Origin: Botryllus schlosseri
Taxonomy: Eukaryota
Direction of reading: 5' to 3'
DNA length: 64,000 bases
Assembly: GCA_051294905.1 (NCBI GenBank)
Contig: CM119380.1
Span: forward strand, 17,422,001 to 17,486,000
The position numbers and the translations under genes were made by a program. This document shows, piece by piece, positions 53,828-64,000 of this stretch (position 1 is its first letter; each line of letters opens with the position of its first letter). The notes under the pieces were generated by a model. It was not told where the DNA came from and ran no database searches. It worked only from the letters and a program-made list of their open reading frames with translations.

Positions 53828-54126
53828 GTTTTTTTCTTTTTCTTTGTAACAGAACCACAGAATGCAAATGAATAGAATGAGGAACACCACCACTGCAACT
53901 ACAATGAGCAAAATGAGCCACCATTGTATCGGGGAAGGGGTGAATGTGGTTGTGATATCTGTTGTAATCGGCATTGTAGTTGCATCACTAAAACCGGGAG
54001 TGGACACTTCTGCAGTGTCAGGGGAAATTATAGTTGTAGCTGCAATTGTAGTTGTAGTTGCAGTTGTAGTTGTAGGAGTTGTAGCAGGAGTGGGACATAT
54101 TGTAGTTGTAGTAGAGGTCGTAGAGA
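53828..54126 (-). CDS. Thr-rich mucin-like stalk + transmembrane helix exon of the cbEGF protein
   Basis: Acceptor TTGCAG at 54127-8 is phase 1 and in frame with the last EGF exon. Encodes VSTTSTTTTICPTPATTPTTTT...PSPIQ-WWLILLIVVAVVVFLILFICILWFCY-KEKEKN, then donor GTACGT. Confidence 0.85.
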
Positions 54127-54940
54127 CTGCAATAAAAATATAAGCAAATGTTAAACTGTTAGATCGCCAGTATGTAATTTCCACACCAGATAATTGAACA
54201 CAAACATTAATGATTCACATATAACCCCTGTACCTAGTATTCAATTTGATTAACGAATAGATCAAAGACCGTGACAAATTCTAGTCCAATAAAAACATCA
54301 GATCATTGCAACTGGAATAGGTCTGAAATAAGAATTTAACTGCGCAACAAATATGCGGGCGAAACGATTTTTCACTGTCTGTTATTTCTAATCACAATTT
54401 TTGGTGCACTGCACTTCTACCAAAATTTCTAACCTTCCAATTTCTTGTCATGATTATTTTGAATAGATTCAGTGAGAAAAAAGGACTGGTAATTGCCCAT
54501 CAGCGATCAAAATTTCCTTTAATGCAGGTGCTCCCAGTGTGAATTATGCCCTAGTGTTTGTCAGCAAATTAAATTTGGGTATCGTTGGTTATGCGACACA
54601 CATACATTGTAATTGCTTGTATGTTTACACAAAGTACATCTCAGAGGCCCCAAGCAGTTAACAGATTGTACATATTTAATTCAGGTAACAATTTTTCTGA
54701 AATCTGTAGATGGTGTGCATGGTTTCGCATGTATGAAGCTCTCTCCTTACAGTGTATCTGCAGCTTATTAAAAGCCACCTCTATGTTCAGAAATTGGAAA
54801 AGGTGTGGGACAGATAGACTCTTGCCCAATCTAGGCTAGGACTATCGGGTGGAAAGGAATCGTTCACTAAATTCCACATCCCAACTCTGGCCGATTAGGT
54901 TACACGGCTGTTTCAGGTTCAAACAGATAATTCAGAATAC

Positions 54941-57900
54941 CCATGCATTCGGTGCCATCTCCCGTGTACCCAGGTATACAAAGACATTTGAAAGATCCCT
55001 CAGTGTTAGTGCAATTGGAGTTGACATCGCAGTTGTGCGATCCGGTAGAACATTCGTCTTTGTCTGAATGAATATATATTCAATAATAGGAACAAATAAA
55101 GCTACAGAACTAAATAGATGCAAATTAGTAGATAGCCTATGAATGGCAAAATGACGAGATATAAAAGCATGTTGTTACATTTGCATAGAATATACGGACC
55201 TTACAAAGAATTGCACATACTACTCTAAGAGAAAAGCATACTCAACTGCTCCATAAATTAATCTTTCTATTCACAGATATGAGAAGGTAAGCGGTTTATC
55301 GACCCTTTTCACATACAGACTAGGACTATTGAGTCGAATGTGTTCATTATATATTCTACATGTCGGTTCTTGCTGGTTAGTATAAAAGGCCCCATCAAGT
55401 TAAAACTGAAAATGAAGAATACCTTTGCATTCTATTCCATTTCCAGTGTACCCGGTTTTACAAAAACACCGGAATGATCCAACATCGTTAATGCAATCGG
55501 CTTTGGCATCGCAGTCATGCGATCCCAATGCACATTCGTCCTCGTCTGAATGAATATAATAATAATCAATTTTAAACAAGGAAGAAACAAGACACGTTAG
55601 AGAAGCACGTGTAGGTTATATTGGCGATAAAATGGAGTCTGTCTGTGCCTAGCCTAGTTTTTTATTTTACACTTGTACCTGGGATGAATTCAAGCCACTC
55701 CGACGAATAAAAGGACTGCGTAAATTCATAATACACACAATTGAAATTGAAATTTGACCTTGAAGGAATAGGCTTATGATCCGTGATCGAGTCAGTCATT
55801 GAGGCAACACCAGAATTCATTTATTTATCGGTTCAAAACATGTATGCTGAGAGGTCTTGACTCTCGGAAGATGACATTGCCATGATTTCGCCGAACAGTC
55901 AATAATTATTTCATTGTGTTTCTGTGGAAGAAGGTGATTGTATTTTGTCTCTGTTGTTTTTGCAGCATACACACCTACACATGATACACATGCGCAATGC
56001 GTATGATATGTAGGACTACTTGTACATATGCATACCATGATTTGGATATGCTACTGGATAGTGGATATGAAAGGTGCAGAAATAGCCTTGTAATGCTTTC
56101 TAAGTCTCGTACTACCTTTCATGCTATCCTGAAAATGCCGAACAGAAAGGCATTGGATACAATTTTTACTTTTACGGTCTCTGGTCTGACGTGTCTGGGG
56201 AGTTGAACCCACGGTCTACCAATCAAGAAGCCGGAGAAGTTGACATCGGTTTCATTTGTGAAATATCTAGCGATATCGTAACATTTTTTTATCTTGATAT
56301 CGCCCAGATACACAGTCGTGAAATTTTACTGACGGTTGTACCCGATATTCACCTCAACACGTTTCTGCAGATATTTCTGTTTGATGGCTTATGAAAATAT
56401 GTCAGTACGATTGAAATTCCCAGATAATGCATGGATATTCGACATGTTTCGAATTTGATTATGGCCAGCTACAAAATGGCGCCAAATCAAAGATCCGTTC
56501 ACACTTAGACACAAAGTAAACAAACTTACATCCTCTGAAAAGATCTCAAAAACAATATACCTGCACATGTGAATCCATTTCCCATGAACCCGGTTTTACA
56601 AATACACATGAAGGATCCGTCAGTGTCTAAGCAATGTGCGTTGACATTGCAACTCTGCGGTTCGGTAGAACATTCATCGATGTCTGAATAAATATATATT
56701 CAATCATGAAAAAGGAGCAAATCAGCTTCAGATATAATGGATGAAAGTAATGTGTTTGAATGTGCCAATACAAGATTTCAAACGAAGACACGAGACAGGA
56801 AGACATATGTACTAAACCAGCGGTTCTCAACAGCAATTTCAGGGGGTCCGCGAGACCTCTAAATTTTTAAAACGGTTGATAACCTAATTTTTATTTTATT
56901 TTTTAATTTAAAAACGCATGAGGCAGTTTCGCACCACAACTGCTAAAACCTCATGACTCATATCATCATAATAATCGTCTGACATGGACTATCGTAGTGT
57001 GGAAACTCATATTCACTGTCATTTTTCCAATAACCTGCTGATAAAAACATATTGCTGTTTAGAGACGTTTTGTTGGGGTTTGTGGAAAAGATAAAAATAT
57101 GGAGATAGTAACGTCAATTGGGGCGACTTCGTAATGTTTGTGAAACCTTCTCGATTTGAAGTTGTCAGTCTCATCAAATTAGTGAACAGTCGTTTGAAAT
57201 AATAATTTCCGGAGTATTTCCATAATTTGTCCCAATGCAGGGAACAGCTTCTTGGAGGTACGGAACCTTAATATACAATTGAATAGTATATTCATATTGA
57301 AATGAGCCCGAATATTTTCGGCTGATGCTCGTCATTTAATCTGACAATGATATACCTGCTCTTAAATCTCGGCTATCAGATTAGGCGCATTCTTATTGCG
57401 GATGCCTTATCGACAAGTTCGATTTTTTTATGAACAAGGAGTGTTTCGTAGCTATCAAAGCATTACGGCCCAACCCTGAAATTCATATCACCAGTTATAT
57501 TGGTATGCAGCCTTGTCTTGTTAATGTTCAATTGTTCATGGTCGAAAATATTTGCTCGCAAACATATATGTAAACCCGAACAGAACAAGTCGTTTCATGA
57601 GAGTTATTCTCTGGTTGGAAAACTTGGATCCATTCTTTGGAGCATTAAATTTGTCTATACTTTTAAATTAGCATTGCATTTCACTTTGACGGTAAATACT
57701 CTCTGCGGGCCGATCAAAATGCCGTCCGTATGTTGTCCGTCTTTGCGCTATGTCGGACGTGATATGTTCATAAAATATGTGTTTCTTCATTTTGGTGCCA
57801 TAAATGCTGCGATCACACCAAAATATCGTCGGAAGCGTTATGCGTTAATATTGCATTAGCCTCCATCTATCTTTGCGGAAATAGTTTTCGGCACTCCTCG

Positions 57901-60900
57901 TTCATATCAAAACGAGGACTCGGATTTTCAAGACACGACGACGTATATACTTCAAGAAATACAGCAGCAAAATTAGCCTTGAAATAATAAAAGTCTACCG
58001 ATTTCTACATAAATAGTATGATGTTATTCTCCGGAAGAAGCATTATTTTGCTGTTTATCACAAGCCTACAGTTCATATTTGCACAAGCCAGATGAAGGTT
58101 TCACCATAACAGAGCTAAAATTGAACTAAAACTTGAGGGGGTCCACGAGGGTCCGTGACGGTCAAAAGGGGTCCGCGAAGGCAAAAAGGTTGAGAGCCAC
58201 TGTACTAAACTGAAAATTGAACCTGCTCGGGCTATGCACATCAATGTAACCAACATCCGTTCAAAGACAGAACTCACAATTTGATGCCGAACGTAAGTAT
58301 TGACGACTACACCAATGCTAAGTTGAGAATACAATTCAGTGCATAAAATTCTTCATCATTCGTGAGCGCTGTTAGGTTCTGCTCTTGCGTGTGCCAGCAA
58401 CACATTCATGAAAGTTCTATTTATAGGTGCCCTTCGGTATTCTGCTAGCTGTTAACTAGCGATCAGCGTTTCACAATGTAATCAATACTACTCTTTCCAC
58501 AGATGAGGGCATCAGTGAAGTATTGAGAAAGATTCCAATATTCTATTTTATCTCATGTATGCCAAATTGCAACATTTTTTAATTACTAATGTTGCGCCAG
58601 GTTTTGTAGTAAGGTCCTCTTTCCGGACTGCATATTTATTTGCTTCATTAAAGCTACCTTCGGGTTTAGAACTTTGAAAAAGGTTTGGGACAGGCAGTCT
58701 ATCTAAAAATTTAGACACGATTGTTTCAGGTTCAAACTAAAAACAGAATACCTAAGCAAGTGGTTCCATTTCCCGTGTACCCGGCTTTGCAGACACACAA
58801 GAATGACCCGTCAGTGTTAATGCAATCTGCGTTGACATCGCAGTTGTGCGTTTCTGGCCAACATTCATCGATGTCTGAAAAAAGATATATTCATTCATAG
58901 TATAGCTTCAGAATAATAAATAGAAATATAAAGGAAACTTAGTAAGTATCTTATGAATGGCCAAATCAAGACGAAATGAAAAGGCATGTTAGCATATTAA
59001 CGAATATAATGGTCTACAAAATTTAAAATAGAACCATCAAGTCAAAGGTGTACATTGTATATTGTACAATCACTAAATTCGCATCCTGGATCTAGCTAAA
59101 AACGTTATCATGCTACATCCAGTTAAAACTGAAAAAGCAGGTTACCCGTGCATGTCGCTCCATTTCCAGTGTACCCGGATTTACAAACACAATGGAATGA
59201 CCCGTTAGTGTTCATGCAATTGGCATAGACATTGCAGTCGTCGTCTCCAGAGGAACATTCATCGATGTCTGAATGAATTTATGTTCAGTTATGAATGTCG
59301 AAGAAACAAAATTTCATAATGAAGGAGAGGAAACTTAATAAGTAGCATATGAATAGTCAAATCAACACTAGATTCAACTGCATATTAGCAGATTGTATAG
59401 AACAGGGGTCTTCAACTCGAAATAGGTAGATGGGCACTTTTGGAACTTGATAGACGCCGTTGGCCGCAAGACTGGAGACTGATAGGTCGTTGGTTTGCTG
59501 GTGTCACAAGCGCTTGCAGGTGCTCTATCAGTAGCAAACTTATGGGCAAATCCAATATATTCCTTCGTTAAGATTCAAGGAAACGCTGTATTGCATAATC
59601 GAAGACTTGGGTATTTGTGGCAATCTCTGTGTACTTGGAAATTGTCCTCGTGTGATTATTCATTGTCACAGATAGGGAGTCATAGTCGGTAACTCCGTCC
59701 TGACGAATGATAAGACAGATCTGGAGTAGTATCTTATGCCTAGAGTCGTAAGTCCGAGTATGACTTGCTGAATAATGAATGAAGAGAATAGGGTCAAAGT
59801 TGCAGCAAACGTTCCCCGGCTCCCAATCGGATAGTGATAGTCATGCTTGTATTTCAAGTCGGAGTTTCAACTATCATTTATATATTAGTAGAATCGTGAT
59901 AAATCGTTTATTCTCGGCGACTTACAATTCCGTTCATGAAAGAGTCGAGAGCAGAAGCCCGAGTCAAACTTAATCGTGAGTCAGATTCAGAGTCTTGATT
60001 GTAAAGCTTACTTTTGAGTCTGGACTGCTCGTATCATACTGACAATGACAAACATGTGTATTCCATTTTGATAACACTAGTTGCAAAACAGATTAGATCC
60101 GATTTAGTCATTGTACTCGGGAACAAATATGATTATCATTTTCCTGGAATAGCCTGTTTTTTTCTAATCACCATATTTTCCTAAACATTATTAAAGTTAG
60201 TGCAACTATAAAGGAGTGTTTTATGGTGTTTAGAATGCCAAGGATCGTAATGAAAATCAACGCGGCGCTCTTGTCTGCGATTTGCCAGTCAGAGTCGTTG
60301 TCAGAGTCAGGGCAAGTTCTATTCACTCTCATCCGCCTGACCTCTTTTGAGAGCACGCTATTGTTAATGTCAAAGCCATTTTATGGCAAAGGATGGTGGC
60401 ATTGAGCGCAAGGAAAGAAATCATGGTGATCTCAATCAAGATTTTAAAACTGTAATTGGAAATACAATAAACACATGTATCTGAAACCAGGTCTCTGGCC
60501 TAGAGACCACTGGTACACAGACCATACAAATAAACATAGATATCCTGTAAGAAAAGAAAAGTGTACTCAATCGCTCAAATAGATATAGCATTAAGTTCAG
60601 AGATCTGAAAAGACATGATCAATCGATCATCTTCAAATTTAGACCAGGACCATTGAGCTGAATGTGACCAATCAATGAATTCCGGTTTCATTTTCTAGCT
60701 GAATGGGTGATTGTGACCAGGCTACATCAGTTTCAAACTGAAAAAAGCAGATTACCTGTGCATGTTGTTCCATCTCGCGTGTACCCAGTTTTACAGTCAC
60801 AATAAAACGATCCGACAGTGTTAACGCAATTGGCGTTGACATCGCAGTTGTGCGGTCCAGGCGAGCATTCATCGATGTCTGAATGAATATTCATCGTTCA

Positions 60901-63002
60901 TGATTGATGATAAATATGCTTCAGATGTAATAGAATGAAAGTACTGCGTTTCAATGGGTCTATTATACTAGACTTCAAATGCAGACCTGATAACGGATAA
61001 CGTACAGATAATATTGAGAACTGAATCTGTTCTGGCTGTGCACATCCAAGTGTTCGATAGCAGTCCAAAGATAGACTTCAAGATTTGATCCTGAATTAAT
61101 GTATTGACAAAAATACCAACAGAAAGTTGAGAATACAATTCAATGCCAAGAAATCGTCATAAGATGTTAGTAGTTCATGCCATCCTCTGAACAAACACCC
61201 TTGAGGAAACGAGGGTATGATCAGTAACAGAATAACAAAGTTCATTTTTTAGGAGAGTCAGTTGTTAGCTAGTGACCATTACTATGACCCCATATTTTGC
61301 AACGTAATGAACATGATATAGGTTTCATTTGTGTATTTCTTAGTGCAAAGTGTAACATTTCTGAATTACCAATGTTGCACCAGGTTTTGGCGCTATCATC
61401 CTACGAACAGCATATTTATTTGCTTCATTAGCTAACCTTAAGTTCGGAAATTTGAACAGGTGGGGGACAGATCGATTCTCTCTATATTAAGATTGGGACT
61501 ATTGAGTTGTAGTTGTTCAATCACAACAATCCATATTCCGGCTTTCGTTGATTTTGTTACACGGTTGTTTCGCGTTCAAATTGAAAAACGAGAATACCTG
61601 TGCAAGTGATTCCATTTCCTGTAAACCCGGTTTTACAAGCACAACTGAATGATCCATTAGTGTTGCTGCAAACGGCGTTGGCATCGCAATCATGCGTTTC
61701 GGTTGAACATTCATTGATGTCTGAATGAATATATATATTATATCATGAATAAGGAGTATATCAGCTAGTGCGAATAGCTAGCCATGGCAAGTGCTATGGT
61801 CCATGTTCCACAATGTAATAAAAATAATAATTTTACCAGATATGATGACATCAGTTTCAATTGTAAAGTATTGAGCAGGATCAAATTATGTATTTATTTG
61901 AAATTAGGGGGCACGAAGCAACATTTTCGAATTACCAATTTGCACTAGGTTTCACATGTATGATCCTCCCTACGAATAGCTTATCTAGGGCGGAGATCAT
62001 AAAGTTTGATAATCGATAAGTCGATTTTCGTGTCCATCAGGAATGGAAGTTTTCCACTAGTTGCTGACGATTGCCCCTGACGAGTGTCAGCCGAAAATAT
62101 TCGGGTTCATTTCAATATGAATACACTATTCAATTGTACGTTGCAGTTCTGAACTTCCAAGAACCTCTTCGATTAGCAGTTTTTAATCACATGATTAGCA
62201 TTCTCACGGATCAGCCAACTTCATGATCTCCGCCCTAAGTCACATCATCGAAGTAATCTTTAAGTTCGTATATTGGTAAAAGTATTGGACAGATAAACTC
62301 TCTTCGCATTTAGAAAATTAAGTCAATATTGTTCAACCACCAAATCCAACATTCTGAGGTTCACTGATTAGTTTACACGGCCGTTTCAGGTTCTAACTGA
62401 GAAAGTAAAATACCGTTGCATGTGGTTCCGTTTCCTGTGTACCCGGTTTCACAGACACACTTGTATGATCCATTATTGTTGTTGCAGTAGGCGTTGACAT
62501 CACAGTTGTGTGATCTGGTTAAACATTCATTGATGTCTGAATGAATATATATAAATACACTCAATAAGAGACGAAGAATATGACTTCAGAATAATAGAGA
62601 TGAAATTTAGTAAGTTATAGCTTATTAATGACTAGAGACTAGAGAGAAAAGACATATTGACATAGCGCATGAAATATGTATGGACCAACAAATAACGGTA
62701 TATACCGCTCAAAGTAGAGAGGGGCACTATTCCCTAGCCCCAAAAGATATATCTTTATGTTCAGTGATATGAGTAGGTAAGCGATTGATCGACTCTTAAA
62801 ATTTACACCGGGACAAGACAAAGGTGTTCCATATCTCAATCAGGCTTTATCAGGTTCAAACTGAAAAATAGCAGAATACCCTGGCATGTCACTCCATTTC
62901 CAGTGTACCCAGTCTTACAAGTACAATTAAACGATCCAACAGTGTTAATACAATCGGCGTTGACATCGCAGTTGTCCATTCCGATCGAGCATTCATCAAT
63001 GT
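54941..63002 (-). CDS. Array of nine calcium-binding EGF exons (ectodomain of a type I membrane protein; 5' end outside window)
   Basis: Nine exons, each exactly 123 nt, phase 1-1, with TTCAG|AC acceptors and G|GT donors: 62880-63002, 62414-62536, 61598-61720, 60756-60878, 59146-59268, 58752-58874, 56561-56683, 55423-55545, 54941-55063. Each encodes D(I/E/K)(D/N)EC-x6-C-x5-C-x-(N/D)-x-x-GS(F/Y)-x-C-x-C-x-x-G(Y/F)-x4-x-x-C, e.g. [41 protein letters not shown]. This is the cbEGF consensus. Confidence 0.93.
55950..56235 (-). mobile_element. tRNA-derived SINE (tail type B), in an EGF-array intron
   Basis: Minus strand TCCGGCTTCTTGATTGGTAGACCGTGGGTTCAACTCCCC...GTCAGACCAGAGAC matches the head of 37496. 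The body matches 32250-32560. Confidence 0.8.
56818..58202. mobile_element. Non-autonomous hAT (Buster-like), in an EGF-array intron
   Basis: TIR CAGCGGTTCTCAAC/GTTGAGAGCCACTG, GGGGTCCGCG subterminal motifs, TSD TACTAAAC at 56810-56817 and 58203-58210. Confidence 0.92.
59403..59480 (+). mobile_element. Left end of a further Buster-like hAT element (right end uncertain, possibly near 60510)
   Basis: CAGGGGTCTTCAAC preceded by GTATAGAA interrupts intron homology at this point; GAGTC-rich interior follows. Confidence 0.5.
61986..62237. mobile_element. MITE with perfect 15-bp TIR
   Basis: TAGGGCGGAGATCAT/ATGATCTCCGCCCTA. The internal segment 62080-62165 also occurs inverted at about 57250-57335 and more weakly at about 47400-47510. 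Confidence 0.85.
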
Positions 63003-63131
63003 CTGAAGGAATATATATTCATTCATAAGAATAGACAAACATTCAGAATTACTAAGAGGAAACTTGATGAGTAGCATATGAATGGCCAAATCAAGATGAT
63101 AAGACATGTTAGCAGGCTGCATACATTAGCG

Positions 63132-63946
63132 CAGTGGTTCTCAACCTTTTTGACTTCCCAGACCCCTTGTGGACAGTCACGGACCACCGCGGACCCCCGA
63201 AGTTTCAGTTCAAATTTAGCTCAATTATCCTGCAATCATCATCTGTCATGTGCAAATGATAACGTTAGGCTAGTGATGAACAGCAGCAAAATGACTTTTC
63301 TTGAAAAAACATCATACTATTTATGTAGAAATTGGGTTGACTTCTATTATTATATTATTATTATTATTATTTCAAAGAGAATTCTGCAATTGCATTTCCT
63401 GAAAGTCACGGTCGTGTCTTGAAAATCCGCGCGGTGGTGGCGTAACGCGTAACGCTTCCAACGACACATTTGGGTGTAATCACAACAAATGTGGCACTAA
63501 ATTGACAAACAATTTTTTATATTGATCATATAATATCAAACCTGGTCATTTGTATCTACCAGCTTATTTTGAAGTTATCATGGGAAAATGGTTACGTATA
63601 TCACAGAAGAAATGGGATTTTTTGTAAACATTCCGAAGTCACCGACATTGACCTTACTAATTCATCTTTATATTTTTTCCCACAATCCCAACAAAACATC
63701 TCTAAACAGCAAAATATATGTATCAAGATTATTGGCAATTTAGCAATTAAAATGAGTCCGCACGGTAAGATATTTCATCTCAGACGGCCATTCTGTTGAT
63801 TTGAGTGCTGGAGTTTTAAAAGTAATGAAGCGAAACTGCCTCGTGATTTTTCTATTTTAAATAAATACAAATTAGGTATTCAATTATTTTGTAAATTTAA
63901 GAGGCTTCGAGGACCCCCTGAAATTGCTTCGTAGACCCCGGTTGAG
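63132..63946. mobile_element. hAT element of the 56818-58202 family, opposite orientation, right TIR truncated
   Basis: Starts CAGTGGTTCTCAAC and ends GGACCCCCTGAAATTGCT...GGTTGAG. Flanks CATTAGCG/CATTAGTG (7/8). Confidence 0.8.
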
Positions 63947-64000
63947 CATTAGTGGTTCCCAAACATGTCTCTCATTACATTAAAGTTCAAATTCTCTGTT

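Noticed and set aside
54941-63002. Regularly spaced repeats as a CRISPR-like array, or fibrillin/uromodulin/VC70 identity
   Set aside because: The repeats are spliced cbEGF exons. No TB or ZP domain occurs before the TM helix, so no gene symbol is assigned.

Overview
This is AT-rich eukaryotic genomic DNA with GT-AG introns as short as 58-64 nt. An invertebrate deuterostome, probably an ascidian, is inferred from style only. Most of the supplied ORF track is spurious because the real genes are spliced. (1) On the + strand is a complete, phase-consistent 14-exon ADAMTSL5-like gene (15640-36067, 646 aa): signal peptide, TSR1, Cys-rich module, spacer, Ser/Thr-rich linker, NTR domain and basic tail. 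(2) On the - strand is a convergent, 5'-incomplete type I membrane protein gene (about 46964-63002). It has nine 123-nt phase 1-1 calcium-binding EGF exons, a Thr-rich stalk/TM exon and a long disordered Pro/Arg/Ser-rich tail. The EGF array was built by duplication of exon+intron cassettes. (3) An unidentified three-exon gene fragment lies at 38388-38865 (-). The rest is dense in mobile DNA: 11 hAT-type elements with readable 8-bp TSDs, two 5'-truncated CR1/L2-group LINEs with (TC)n tails, an RTE-like fragment, a tRNA-headed SINE family with two different tails, and several foldback or inverted structures. No rRNA, intact tRNA or CRISPR array was found. The best candidate for an undescribed system is the variable cbEGF-array receptor. 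All family assignments come from manual translation and recalled motifs, not database searches.
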